Notes: generated from the sequence alone by a model not told the origin. A DNA stretch of 64,000 bases from Octopus vulgaris (GCA_951406725.2 OX597816.1:16864001-16928000); one strand, 5' to 3'. Positions 25,385 through 38,954 are shown, numbered from the stretch's first letter. Numbers and translations: made by a program.

Positions 25385-27303
25385 CACACACACACACAAA
25401 CATATAACATAAAATATTTGTATACAGATAAATATAACACACACACGCACACACACAAACATACAAAATATTTGCGTAAAGATAAATATGACATATACAC
25501 ACACATGTACATACATGCAAACATATACATAATACGTGATAGAATTGAAACCGGTATTGGGTAAGACTAGTGCTTGCTAATCAGCTGCAAAATAAAGATG
25601 TGATGACATTTTAGTTCAGCTGATGGTATGTACTTTTTACCATAGTTACAACATAAAAGTCTTTTCTCATTGAAACACAGTGCAGGATTATAACATTAGG
25701 TATTGTGTACAGACGTGACTTTTTAGCTCACTGATTACAAGACCATTTATTGCTTGATTGTCAAGTGTATATCCTTTCAAGTGGCAAAAATTTCCAAGCA
25801 GACATTGATTCATGTACCTTTGAGCAGTTAACAAGATCAATGTTAGAGAAACTCAGGAATAGGGCAAACATATAAAGAGATTATTACTTTCTCTCTGTAT
25901 TTTCCTCTTACCTGATTTAATGATGAATATTTATTGTGATTATCTTTGAACCGTATGGATGATTCACTACATTTTCTTTCAATGATGCACTATCAAGTAC
26001 AAAGTATTCCCAACTTACCCCATAAATACTACATTTCATGTCCAATTTGGAGCGGTTCTTGTAGATCATCTTTGGTTTTTAACAAGGCCTTTTCCTAGAA
26101 AATAATTCTCTATACAGTAGAAGCTATGGAATTCTTCCATCGCATATAAAACTACAAAAATTGCCAATCTCAGCCGGCTACATTGCAAAACAGCTTCTAT
26201 ACTTATGGCATTGTTCAATTGTCTCTCCAATGTATATTTAAAATTTGGCAAAGTCATTTTTACAGAAAATGTTTCAACCGATTAACATGTCTTATAACAA
26301 AACAGACAAATCCATTTTATATTGTATCAGATTTTTATTTTGACTGTGTTGTTTATGTAAGCCTATTTGTTAAGGCAAGTAAAGTTGGCATATACTTATT
26401 ATTATCCTCACAGCAGTCCTTGTGTCTAGATTTTGTAAACCTGGGTACTTCTTTTGAAATTTGGTAAACATTTTTTAAAGACATCCCATTTGGAAGTATC
26501 TGCCAATGAATTTAAATCCTTGCTCTAAATATAGCCTGACAGATTTTTCAATTAGCTTATAACATCAAAACTTTTTATGCAATGAAATTTTAATAATTTG
26601 ATTTGGCCCTTAATTTGACCTTCAGTTTATTTTATCTCTCACATCATTCAGATCTTTTCTTGTAATTTGAACATAATCATATTACCATTTCTTGGGGCCA
26701 AGGTGCATCCAAGTTAGTTTATGAATCTCATTATGTTACAAAAATGAAATTAAATTCTATGAAAATTTGCAGCAAAAGTAGAACATTGGGGTTTGACATT
26801 GATTTATTTCATCACATGATTCCCTAAGCAATCTCGTATTTCAAAGTTTGCACCAACTTGTGCACTGAAGTTGCTCAAGGATTATTACTTTGCCTCCAAA
26901 CAGAATTTTTACAAAAATACATGTGACAAGACAAAAGTCCAAGCCAAGTTTACATTATCATCGTCATCATTTTACATCCAATTTTCGTTCATTCATGGGG
27001 TAGATGCTTCAACATAGTCTGGGTTAGCATTTATTTGGGGTTATTTTCCCTCCTAGATGAGTTGGGAGAATATATCTCACTGGAATGATAATAGTTTTTC
27101 ATGGTTTCTATGCTGGATGTCCTTCCTATCATCAACCACGTTATAGGATGCATTGGGTGTATTTTAATCACAGTACCATGATAAGGTTGTTATGTCTACA
27201 ATATGGTTCCTCTGTCTCTTAGGTTACTTCTATATTGGCATTCATCACTCTTGCATGCTGCATTCAGAGATCCATCTCTCTCTCTCTCCCTCACACACAC
27301 CAC

Positions 27304-27597
27304 CACCATCCAAACGTGGCTGATGCCAGTGCCACCTTGACTGGTGTCCGTGCCGGTGGCACGTAAAAAGCACTAACCGATCGTGGCCATTGCCAGCCTC
27401 CTTTAGCCCCTGTGTCGGTGGCACGTAAAAAGCACCCACTACACTTATGGAGTGGTTGGTGTTAGGAAGGGCATCCAACTACAGAAACACTGCCAGCTCA
27501 GACTGGAGCCTGGTGCAGCATCCTAGCTTCCCAGATCCCAGTCAAACCGTCCAACCCGTGCTAGCATAGAAAACAGACGTTAAGAGATGATGATGAT
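27304..27597 (+). mobile_element. Family B retroposon (two to three units)
   Basis: gtgccggtggcacgtaaaaagcac units, core and (gat)n tail. Confidence 0.88.
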
Positions 27598-28541
27598 AAT
27601 GGTATGACTAAGAGTGTTCTTCTCTCTACATTCTCTCTACTCTTATGCCAACCACTTTATTGAGTGCACTGTGTGCATTTATCATAGCACCAATACTGCA
27701 GAGATTATCATGTCCTAAGCAAAAAAAAAATTAAGGGCCATCTCAAACCTACATTACCTCAACTCATTTACCAACTACTTTAAAAAACATACTGGGTGTG
27801 TTCTGTCATGTCAACAGCATAACTGTTGTTGCCATGCACCTTACAAAACACAAGAGATGCTTATTATTCTACACTGTCTCCAGAAATGTGAAAGGCAATG
27901 TGAATAAAAAAGAATGGGTAGAAGACAAGGATTGCTAAGGAAGAATTAGAATGGAATAGAGTATGAAGCATGTATATGAAGGGAGAACAGCATGACTGAG
28001 ATGACAGTTGGAAAAAGAGAATGAGAGAAAGTTAGAAGCAGAAATGGAATAGAGGGCACTGTGTTGGTACAGTGTAATGAAACAGTCATGGTGAGGAGGA
28101 ATTTGTAAAGAGGAGTGACGGATAAATATAAAAAATTTTCAGTGGTAAAAGTGTGTTGGATCTCACAGTGAGCAGAAGCGAGTAGTATAAAACGCAAATG
28201 TTAGAAAGTGTGAAAGGACAAGAGTTATGAGTTCCTGAAATGGCAATGGAAAGACAATGATGGATACCTGACTGAAATGGAGTGGAAGTTGGGGCATAAT
28301 ATCAGATGCAAGCTTTCATTAGAATAGCATTGTGATGGAGAAAACACAAATGGTAGATATATATTGCATGAGAGAGGGAGAGAGAGAGAGAGAGAGAGAC
28401 ACAGTTGGAGCAAGAATCAGTTGCCAACAGTTTCATTGAAATTTCTCAATGCTGGAGTATCATGATGAAAGGTGTGGAATACATTAAATGCTGGAGAGAA
28501 ATAGATAGAGAGAGAGAGAGAAAGTATTTGTTTGTGAGTAA

Positions 28542-28573
<32 letters not shown>

Positions 28574-28959
28574 TGGATGGATGGATCTCTGTGAATGCAG
28601 CATGCAAGAGTGATGTATGCCAATATAGAAGTAACCTAAGAGACAGAGGAATCATAGGTGAAAAGTGCAGGTGCAAAGGAATGAGTACAATGGAGATTAA
28701 CAAATCCAAAGCGATCCCTCTCGCTCAAGCATTGTGGTGGGTGGCAGAAAACATTAAGTGAAATACACACGTTGACAGAGATGGCAATTGAGCATGCACA
28801 GATCTAGTGCTTCTTACATTTGATGACTGGGAAGGTGAAATATATATACTACACTAACACACAGGTATATATATGTTGGTACATACAGTATATCCATTAT
28901 ACTTTCTACCCAAGAACTGTGAGAAACACATTTGTATTTTGTTCAAGCATGACTGTGTC

Positions 28960-28968
28960 ATATATACG

Positions 28969-29016
<48 letters not shown>

Positions 29017-29087
29017 TATATACACACACACATACATATATATACACACACACATACATATATATACACACACACACACACACATAC

Positions 29088-29120
<33 letters not shown>

Positions 29121-29156
29121 CACACATACATATATATATATACACACACATACATA

Positions 29157-29192
<36 letters not shown>

Positions 29193-29667
29193 CACACACA
29201 CACACACATATATATATACACACACACACATACATATACATATACACACACATACATATATATACACACACACACACACATACATATACACACACACATA
29301 CATATATATATACACACACACACACACACATATATATATACACACACACACATATATATATACACACACACACACACATACATATATATATACACACACA
29401 CACACATACATATATATATACACACACACACACATACATATATATATACACACACACACACACACATATATATATACACACACACACACACACATACATA
29501 TATATATACACACACACACACACACATACATATATATATACACACACACACATATATATACACACACACACAGACATATATATATACACACACACACACA
29601 TACATATATATACACACACACACACACATACATATATACACACACACACACACACATACATATATAT

Positions 29668-29751
<84 letters not shown>

Positions 29752-29756
29752 TATAT
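28960..29756. repeat. ~800-bp compound (CA)n-TACA-(TA)n microsatellite array
   Basis: Seen directly; source of all 260-312 aa ORFs at 28.8-29.8 kb. Confidence 0.97.
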
Positions 29757-29939
29757 GACGGCAATCATTTCAATCTATTTGTATTTCCATATCTTTCATC
29801 TGATAAATATGATTAGTGAAAGATTATTGAAACATATGTAATCAAAGACTCAGAATATCAATAACTTGTTTCTTGTGTTTATTTCAACTATATGTAACTC
29901 TAGTTACTATGTTAAAGCTTGAGGACAGATTGGTGCCAC

Positions 29940-32900
29940 TTTATACAATGCATTATAAAAACAGGAGTTTAATAAGGTTCAAATATATTTTTTGTATTTC
30001 CTCTATATGTATTTTTTCCTGGCAATAATTTATCAAAGATCAATTTTATTTTACATGTGAACATTAACTCTGCTGGTGGCTTATCTGAATTAGTATTTGG
30101 ATTTGGCATTATTCTATATACTCTCAAAAATTTCGTTAGTGCCTCATCATTAACTAGCTCATTCCTAGCTTTTCTTAGAACTCTTTCGAATGAGTTGACA
30201 AAACTTTTCGCCTGCCCGTTTGACCTTGGGTAGTAGGGTAGGGGTAAAGGTGTGCTTTATGGAATGTATTTTGCGGAAATTTCTTAATTCATATCCTGTG
30301 AATTGTGTTCCATTATCTGAAACTAATGTGTCTGGAACACTGTATTGAGCAAGTAATTCGAGCAGGAACTTTCCTGTTGTCTTTGCAGTGGGTTTATAAC
30401 ATCTGCATACTTCTGGCCACTTTGTATAGCTATCCACAATGATTTGATAGTATGCACCATTCACTGGTCCAGCACAGTCAATATGTATCCTGGACCATGG
30501 GCTCTCAGTCTCCAGCCACAATTGGTATTTTACTGGCAATGCTTTGGTTGTCATCATGCAACCTCTACATGCTTTCACCAATTTTTCAAGGTCCTTGTCC
30601 ATAGTTGGCCAATATAAAGCTTTCATTCTGGACATTCCCAGGTGCCCACAGTTGAATTGTTGCAATACTCATTTCTTTAGTGCACTTGGTACTACTACTC
30701 ACTGTGCATACATTATGACATTGTCACATAGCAAGAAATTATCTGAAGTTGTATTTTTATTATGCTTATTTTCCAATGTTGCTTTCACTCTTGTAATGTA
30801 ACTATTCTCTATAGATTTCATTTTTATATCATGCACTGTCACCAGCAGTTCCTGGATGTGCTTTAAGTATTTCAGGTATTTCTTCCAGATATTCAATGTT
30901 TTCTTTCCCTGAAGCTCGTTGTACGGAATTCAATATCTCTTGGTGCTGGCACTTCAAACATATCAAAGAAGACTTCCATTGGTATAACTTCATTTTTCTG
31001 TATGTCTCATTGTTAACTGGTTAAGGTGTCTCTTATGTTCCAAACGTTGTCCTTTAATTAAATACCTCATGTTACTTAATCTTTTGACAATATTTCTTAC
31101 TTAAATTTCTGACTGCAATGATGCTGAAACAGTCTCTTCTAGCAATTCCTCATTCTTGGAAATTAGCCGCAATAAACAAACTGCATGACTAATTTTTTTC
31201 AATGGAATATACTGCATCTTAAAGTTGTAGTTCAACAATATTGTGTGCCAGCATTGTAGTTGTGGTACTGTATGGGTAGGCTATCCCTTCTTTGAGCCAA
31301 AAATTGATAGTAATGGTCAATGGTCAGTTTGTAATAAAAAACTTCTGCCATGTAGAAATTTGTGAAACTTTTTTACTGCAAAAATAATCGATAGAGCCTC
31401 CTTCTGTAACTAACTATACTTTTTTTCCACAGCTATCAGCGAACATGAAGCATACTTGTGTAGCAAGACCATTCCTATTCCATACTCTGAAGCATCAGAT
31501 GCTACAACAATGTCCATTCTAGGATTGAAATGTGCTAGTGACAAGTCAGAAATTAGTATTTTCTGTATCTCTTCTGACCAATTCTATTTTATTTCTTTTT
31601 TTAATAAATTGTTTAATGGTGCTTTCAATTTATGTACATTTGGAATGTACTGTTGATAGTAATTTACTAGGCTAAGGGAAACTTGTAATGCCGGTATATT
31701 CTTTGTGGGAGGCATATTCTTGAGTGTGTCTGCCCTCAATGGGTCAGGACATCTTCCATTCTTATCTATGATTTGACCTAGGTATTTGATTTTAGGCAAA
31801 CAAATTTCACACTTCCCTTCAGTGAGTGTGAAACCATAATTCTTAAATTTTTTAAAGACACTCTTCTCATGTTTGATATGCTCATTCTGCAATTCGCTTT
31901 TGATTAACACATCGTCAAGGTAAGGAATAGCAAATTGACAGTCTGCCAACATCGCGTCCATCACCTGTTGAAATATTGCAGGTGCTACCTTCAGTCCAAA
32001 AGGTAGTCTATTGTATTTGTATGGACATCTGTGTGTGGTGACTGTTAACAGCTTTGAGCACTTTTTATCTACTTTGATTTGTAGATATGCATCAGACATA
32101 TGGGATCGGTAGTGGATAATGGTTCATTTTTAAACAGTCATTTAAACCGGTCAAAAGATCGGTACACAACCTAATTTTGTTATTTTTTTAAATACATAGT
32201 CAGAGCTTCCCATTTCACATAATCCACTTTTTCAATGATTCTGTTTCTTTTCCCAATCTGTCTAAGTCATTGTCCACTTTCCTTATTTCCACAAAAGGCA
32301 CTTTCTTATTAGGCTTGAACACAGGTGCAACATTATCATCTAATTCAAAACATGCTTCAGTCTTTGTGCACAGACCTAGTTTCTCTAAGAGTACTTATAA
32401 AAGCATTAAAAAAAATTTTCTCTGTTCCTCTTCAGACAAATTACTTTTAGAGGTACAACCATTTATGTTTTTACAACAGAGATTTATGGGGAGGTCCCAT
32501 AAATCAAATAATTCTAACCAATTGGTACCAAACAGGTCAGTTGCATTTTTAGCGATGAAGACTTTTGCCATGCATGTTTTCCTCAAAATGAGACATTAGT
32601 CCACATTTCAGTTTATGAAATGTAATATGTCACCCATCATGCAATGAGCAGATTTTGCGGTTTTCCTCAACATAGGTTTCCCTATTTTCTTCCATATGTC
32701 CATATTTATTATTGAAATATCACTTCCAGTATCCTATTGAAGTTTAATATGTATTCCATATAATATGTATTCCATATATTTTTACGTGCACGAATTTTCT
32801 TATTTGGGAATCGATTTTTGTTTCTGCTGAGAGCACTCTAGGATTTTTAACGTTTGATCTTCGTAATTTTGTTCTCCAGTGTGAACTCATGACCAATTCT

Positions 32901-34447
32901 TTTGCAACTGTAACTTTTTGATTTTTAAATGGACAGTCTTTTCTGAAATGTATGCCCCCCCCACATCCATAACATGAATTAGGACATGACAATCTTTTTT
33001 GTTTGTACTTTTCTGGTCAGCATATGTTTATTTTTGAGGAATCCTTTTCTTGAATTTTTCTACATTGTGTTTCAGGTTTATGATCTTTTGGTATTATTTT
33101 GCCATGGACTGTAAAGTTAGATCTTGGTTTGCTTGTTCCAATTTAGAGAGAATTCTTGGCCAAATTTTTGCACGTTCATTTGCTGTAAGGCCTTATACGA
33201 AAAATAAGACACTTAAACATCTCAGGTGTCAGTCCTTTGAGTTTAAAACTTTCACACATCCAGTTGATATGAGATAAATTCATCATTCTCTTTTTTGTTA
33301 TATTCTAACAATTCTTTTCGAGTGTTAAAAAGAGAAGTTTTATCACCAAATATGTTAGACAGTAATGCTATTGTTTCTTTAAAACAAATTTCATTGGGTG
33401 TTTTGGGGCGATACGAAATTACAATAACATTCATGCTCTAATGGAGCCAATTTTCACAATAACAATCTCACTTTTTGTTCATCAGACCATGATTTGCAAT
33501 CTTGCTTAAAAATCTCCTCATACCTGCTGTAGTATGATGCAAAATTTATACCCTCCTCTGGGTTATGACTGAATTCATTAATCGAGTTTGAAACACCATC
33601 TGGTGAAAATGAACCTACTTCATTTTAGGGCTTCTTTCAATGTAGATCCAATAATTATTGTTGTTGTTGTAGTTGTTGCTGTAATAGTTGCTTCTGCAAC
33701 TCCTGTTGCTACTCTTGCTGTTGCTTTGTTTGTTTGTTTGTTCAGAGCCTCAGGACTGTCTGCAGTCCGAAACATGGTCCTTTGCTATTCGTAAGACCCG
33801 CAGAAGAGAAAGCAGGTCAACCCCCAACACCTAGAGCATCGACGGATAGATGCATGTGCATCCAGGCTCAGCAGTTGTGTAGGAAGTTGGGGACAAGAAA
33901 CAGGAAGAAAGAGCAAGAGAAAGTTGGAGTGAAAGAGAACAACAGGGGTCACCACCACCCCCTGCCGGAGCCTCGTGGAGCTTTTAGGTGTTTTCGCTCA
34001 ATAAACACACACAATGCCCGGTCTGGGAATCGAAACCGCGACCCTCTGACCACGAGACCGCTGCCCTAACCATTGGGCCATTGCGTCTCCACTTGCTGTT
34101 GCTTTTGCAACTGTACCTTGGAAGTTAATAGATCTTCCATTATTTAACAAGTTGTGTAACGAACAAATTGTTGAATCACCTACATGAGCTTCAAAACCCT
34201 CATTGCCAATAAATAAGATAACCAAACAGTAAAAACAATGTAATGAACTAACAAATCTTTTTACAAACCAACAATCAATATTCCTTGTGAACTAACCAAC
34301 TGATACCTTCTGACTTCACTACAAACTAACATGAACTTTGATTGACTTCAAACTCAGAACGTTAAACTCACTCAGATCGTTATTATTTATACTTTACTCT
34401 GCCCAGTCTATCTCTCACAAGGGGGGCATTATAATTTCGTCACAACA
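29940..34447 (-). mobile_element. Decayed Gypsy (Mag/K02A2.6-like) LTR retrotransposon: 5' LTR, PBS, gag, PR, RT, RH, IN; 3' LTR missing
   Basis: LTR starts TGTTGTG at 34447; PBS-like TGGCAATGAGG at 34198-34208; gag RYEEIFK..KVRLLL; CCHC; DTGSDISI; DAYLQI, RLPFG, YLDD; DASEYGIG; GHLG..YWP..C..C; PWSRIHID; SDNGTQF. Confidence 0.92.
33728..34091 (-). mobile_element. tRNA-headed SINE (family D1) with (AAAC)n tail inserted in Gypsy gag
   Basis: A box TGGCCCAATGG, B box GGTTTCGATTCC; 14-bp TSD cttgctgttgcttt at 33714-33727 and 34092-34105. Confidence 0.93.
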
Positions 34448-34448
34448 G

Positions 34449-34548
34449 TAATTTTGGTAAATAGAGCTGTTAAAATGAGATGTCAGTGTTATTTTCATTT
34501 TTGTGAAAATTAGATGACAGTTTAGATAATTAGATGACTTCACCCTAC
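34449..34548 (+). mobile_element. maT right-end fragment abutting the Gypsy LTR
   Basis: taattttggtaaata..aaaatgagatgtcagtgttattttcattttt matches 25294-25347. Confidence 0.7.
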
Positions 34549-35105
34549 ATACAGATATATATATCAAATATACAAATATGTGTTTTTATATATATACACA
34601 TAAACACACACACATAGTCACACATATTTAAAACATGTTTACCATCATCATCATTTTAACATCTACTTTACCATATTTGCATGGGTCAGATGGAATCTGG
34701 TGAGGCAGATTTTCTATTACATTATACATGCATTATATATATATATATGTGTATATGATGATGTATATATACTTATAATTTATATTTATACATATAGCAT
34801 ATGAGGTGGAAGGTGCTAGTATAAATACATCACTGCTCTATGCCTTAGAGTGTGCTACTTTTTCGGTTATATATATATACACTCATGATATATATATATA
34901 TATATATATATATAAGATCAAATGGTTTGATTCAGACTCCTTGGGGTACTGTGAGTTTCATCAGCCCATGTCAAGTACTGGCTTTGTTTCTACTGCTTGT
35001 CTAACGCCAACCACTCCGTGAGTGTAGTGGGTGCTTTTTACGTGCCACCCGCACAGGTGCCAGACAGAGCTGGCAAACGGCCACGAACGGATGGTGATAT
35101 ATATA

Positions 35106-35493
35106 CTAGCAGTATCGCCCGGCGTTGCTCGGGTTTGTAAGGGAAATAACTATATAAGCATTTTTAGAGAGTTATAGCAAAAAAATGCATTAAAAATGGA
35201 ATATAAAAATGATGGTAATTTTTTTTTGTGCAGATGTGAGCGTGGACGTCAACTCCGCCGCCATCGACACACGAAAAATTATGCATTCAAATGGAATAAA
35301 AAATGATGTTAAATTATTTTTAAAATCGTAGACTCATCGTAGATGCGCGCTAATACTCAGACGGGCTCGATATGAATCACGACTATAAGATACCCGAATT
35401 TGGTCAAACTGCACCGCAAAATGTGGGAGTAGTTAGGAATCTAAATCGAAGGGGACAGACACTCACACAACTACAGTTTTATATATATATAGA
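35106..35493 (-). mobile_element. Non-autonomous Helitron
   Basis: Reverse complement begins TC(TA)n and ends CCCG-agcaacgc-CGGG hairpin..CTAG; inserted between A and T with no TSD. Confidence 0.88.
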
Positions 35494-35647
35494 TATATAT
35501 ATATGTAAAAGATCAAAATGGTTTGATTCAGACTCCTTGGTACTCTGAGTTTCAAGCATATTGAGTACCTTTCTTTTATTTGTCTACCCACTTGTATGTG
35601 TCATATATATATATATATATATATATAATATTTTAAAATTGCTAGGT

Positions 35648-35980
35648 CATCATCATTTAAAAGTTTGTATTGCATGCTGGTACGGGTTGGATGATTTGAC
35701 AGGATCCAACTAACCTGGGAAATGAATTGGTCTCCAATGTCTGCTTTGGCAAGGTTTCTATAGTTGGATGTCCTTCCTAATGCCAGCCACTTTACTGAGT
35801 GTACTGGGTGCTTTTTATTTGTGGCAGGAGCACTTTTGAAATCACCAAGTAACTCACAACACAGGACTGTTTGACAGTGTGGAGGTGCTTTTATGCCACA
35901 TGCTAAGAGTTAAAGTGTGAAAGAGGATCAGGAACAGTTGTCTTGCTGTAGAAGAGATTCATGGCTACTACACCATGAAG
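35648..35980 (-). mobile_element. Old relative of family B followed by purine-rich flank
   Basis: (cat)n..ggttggatg..ggatgtccttcctaatgcc; similar old copies at 26955-27180 and 48494-48840. Confidence 0.55.
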
Positions 35981-36352
35981 AGGAAAAAGATGGTGGAGAG
36001 CATAGTTTCAAGGTACAAGAAAGGCAACAAAGAAAAAATAGGGGCAGAGAAATGAATCAAGGGTAGCTAGGTGGTTAGGCAGGTTCCTGAGAGAGAGAGA
36101 GAGATTGTAGAGATGTGGACACAAGTGAAAGCAATGAAATGGGGGTGTGGGCAGTGGTGAGTATCAGTTTGCAGAAATGTAAGGAAAATAGGAGTGGATC
36201 ATGGAAGATGAAGTGATAGATAGTAATAGAGAAAAAAGAAAGAGGGGGAAAGGAGAGGCCAAAAAATAAGAGTGGAAAAATTGCTAAAGCAAGGGTAGTG
36301 TACTGACAGAATTGTTACAGCTAGTGCAGTGTATTAACAGAATTATTAGGGC

Positions 36353-36560
36353 AAGGGTGGTACTTCAGCAGAATTGGTAGAGTACTGGACGTAACACTTT
36401 GCAGTATTTTTTCCAACTCTTAACATTCTGAGTTCAATTCCTGCCTTTCATCTCTTCAGGGTCAATAAAATTAAGTGCTAGTTAAGTGCTGAGGGCAACG
36501 GTATCTATGAATCCCTCCCCTTAAAAACTGACCTTGTATCTTGATTAGACACAATTATAT
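36353..36560 (+). mobile_element. Degenerate family C SINE
   Basis: gcagaattggtagag..ttctgagttcaattcc..gcctttcatctcttcagggtcaataaaattaagt. Confidence 0.6.
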
Positions 36561-36656
36561 TTCCTAAGTGTACTCATGAACTCAGATTGCTTAAGTGTGT
36601 CCTTATGATCTTGGCATTCAAGAAATGATAAAATGATGGAGAATACTTAGTTTTAA

Positions 36657-36877
36657 CCCTTTAGCATTTAGACTGGCCATATCCGGCCAAAAGTATTCTG
36701 CCGGTTTTATGTTCAAACTGGCCAGATCTGGTCTCTCACACCAACCCTACAATATCGTTTTAAAAATTAACAGCTACCTCATCAAAATCTCAAAGCTACA
36801 AGATAATGCATGATTAGTTCAAAACAATATGGATGAAAAAGGATTAATTTTGGCAGAATAATGCGAACACTAAAGGG
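36657..36877. mobile_element. piggyBac-type MITE (221 bp)
   Basis: TTAA TSD at 36653-36656 and 36878-36881; TIR ccctttag/ctaaaggg; empty site visible in the duplicate near 41852. Confidence 0.92.
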
Positions 36878-36904
36878 TTAAATTACACACAACTACAACA
36901 ATAT

Positions 36905-37250
36905 AGATGTGTGGTTAAGAAGCTCACTTTCCAGCCATGTGGTTTCAGATTTAGTCCCACTGTAAGACAACTTCAGCAGGCATCTTCTCCTAAAACCACA
37001 TGTGGACCAATATCTCATAACCAAATTTGGTAGATGGAAACCGTATGGAAGCCTGTTCTGTGTGTGAGCCTTTGTCTTTGGGTCTGTGTTTCTTCTCAAT
37101 TCCACCACTTGACAACCAGTGTAAGTTTGTTTGCATCCCTGTACTTTAGTGGTTAGGCAAAATAGAATAGGAACCTGCTTTAAAAATAAGTACTGGGAGG
37201 AGTGGGGGCAATCTGTTTGAATAAAACCCTTTAAAGTGGTGCCCCAGCAA
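36905..37250 (+). mobile_element. Degenerate family A SINE
   Basis: tgtgtggttaagaagc..gtcccactg..ttggtagatggaaac..gaatag..aataagtactggg. Confidence 0.7.
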
Positions 37251-37364
37251 ATCCATACAAACATACATAGATGTTTGTGTGTGACAGAGAAATAGCATAT
37301 ATTTATTATATTTTCCTATCCATGGAATGTGAGAAACATATGTACTTTGTTTGAGCATGACTGC

Positions 37365-37398
<34 letters not shown>

Positions 37399-37403
<5 letters not shown>

Positions 37404-38055
37404 AAAAATAGGATAAAATCTTTATAAGAATTTATCAAGTAGTTAGCGTGAAAAACCTCATAAGAGAAAAAAATCTACCAATTTTTTCACTTAAATATAT
37501 TCAGCAAGCATCTTCTAAAACCATTATTATATATTGCCCTCTTTATAATATAAATAAATGTATTTAAGTGAAAAAATTGGTGGATTTTTTCTCTTATGAG
37601 GTTTTTCACGCTGACTACTTGATAAATTCTTATAAAGATTTTATCCTATTTTTAAATTGTAAATTTAACCGGAATATATTCAGTACTGAATTTTTATTCC
37701 GAATAAGCATGTTGTTACTGAAATGCAATTCGAAAAAGTCCACCATTTACATAGATGTATAAGCCAGTATAAGGTGAACATTTCTATATACTACGTTGGA
37801 TACGATGGTTGTTCATCTTGTATGTTGATTTTGTTCATTCATTATAAATCTTGAATTATGCTTGTACTGATGACTAAAGAGTGCACCACTGCACTGATTA
37901 TGAAATCACAGTGATCTGCAGCTAAATTCTGTTTTTAAATGACTTGCTTTGAGAGTTGCATCCGGTACAATATGTTTATTTATTTTAGTAGTTTTGACTT
38001 TAAGAGTCTCTCCTAACGTGTGGCATTTATGTGTAGTAATGCCCTCTATATAATA
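37399..38055 (+). mobile_element. PLE pseudo-LTR-like element with ~102-bp inverted arms (37399-37501 / 37557-37658) and a hammerhead
   Basis: Inverted arms; spacer carries a copy of the element's own 3' end (tgccctct..tataatata); both ends lie in (TA)n. Confidence 0.7.
37862..37921 (+). ncRNA. Minimal type-I hammerhead motif
   Basis: ttgta CTGATGA ctaa..agtgca-ccac-tgcact..ttat GAAA tcac-a-gtga TC tgcag. Confidence 0.65.
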
Positions 38056-38204
38056 TATATTTTTATATATATATATATACAAAAGAATATAAGGATAAAA
38101 ATCACATTAATGATTTTTATCAAGTAGTCAGCATGCTATAAAAATTTATAGGCAATTAAGTTAATAATAATGTACATATGTATATAATTACATTAAGGGA
38201 GATC

Positions 38205-38534
38205 AGGCAAAAACGACCTTTCTCCAGCATGGCTGAAGTACCGATACCTTAAAAAAACTACCAAAAACTCCAACTAAATATACACATGGCTGAAAGCAGG
38301 ATATTGAGAGAAAATTAAAAAGACCTCACGTTAATTGTCAATTGGTTCCAATTTCTGGATTAAAGCAAAAGATAAGCTTTCTTCCTCCATCAACACAATA
38401 CACAATGTGGAAATATAATTCCAAATAATTGTACATATTGTCCAAAGCAAATTCACACTGCATACAAACATTTGCACTAGCTTTTTGAAGGTACCGGCAC
38501 TTCAAGCATGCTGGAGACAGGTTGTTTTCGCCCT
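38205..38534. mobile_element. Unclassified element with ~56-bp imperfect inverted termini
   Basis: aggcaaaaacgacctttctccagcatg..ccttaaaaaaacta versus the reverse complement of tagctttttgaagg..catgctggagacaggttgttttcgccct. Confidence 0.65.
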
Positions 38535-38552
38535 AAATATATATATATATAT

Positions 38553-38788
38553 AAGTTCAGCAAAAATTTAGATTCAAATGAATATAGTACTTAATTTAGA
38601 CGCACCAGAATTCTGTATGGTGTTATCCATAAAAATCCGTGCATTTTGTATTTATGGAAAACCTCTATAATTGGCTGATAAGTGCTCAGCATTTTAAAAC
38701 TGTTGTAATACTTACAACATTTAATAAAATGATGTAGTACGAAACAATCGTACCGAATTACCGGAGTCATTCTTGTTGCTTATTTTGA

Positions 38789-38790
<2 letters not shown>
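38553..38790. mobile_element. Sibling of 12735-13140 in (TA)n, with decayed hammerhead at 38669-38759 (+)
   Basis: aattgg CTGATAA gtgct..tgttgtaa-tac-ttacaaca..agtac GAAA caatcg TA ccgaatt. Confidence 0.7.
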
Positions 38791-38827
<37 letters not shown>

Positions 38828-38830
<3 letters not shown>

Positions 38831-38954
38831 TCATCATCATCATCGTTTAACATCCATTTTCTATACTGGCATAGATTGGACAGTTTGACAAGGGGACTGG
38901 CAAGCCAGTAGGCTGTGCCAGGTTCCAATCTGATCTGGCAAGGTTTCTACAGCT
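38828..38954 (-). mobile_element. Family B 3' fragment
   Basis: (cat)n cgtttaac..ttggacagtttgac..tctgatctggcaaggtttctacagct. Confidence 0.75.

Noticed and set aside
25700-26760. Possible ancient LINE remnant on the minus strand
   Set aside because: No motif strong enough to name
28820-29768. Five long ORFs (267-312 aa)
   Set aside because: Translations of a CA/TA microsatellite that lacks stop codons; the same applies to the HT/YI/CV-rich ORFs at 2.6, 4.5, 50.5, 51.2, 53 and 54 kb
34020-34091. tRNA gene candidates (also 47325 and 39527)
   Set aside because: No closed acceptor stem or poly-T terminator; they continue into retroposon bodies, two of them bounded by TSDs
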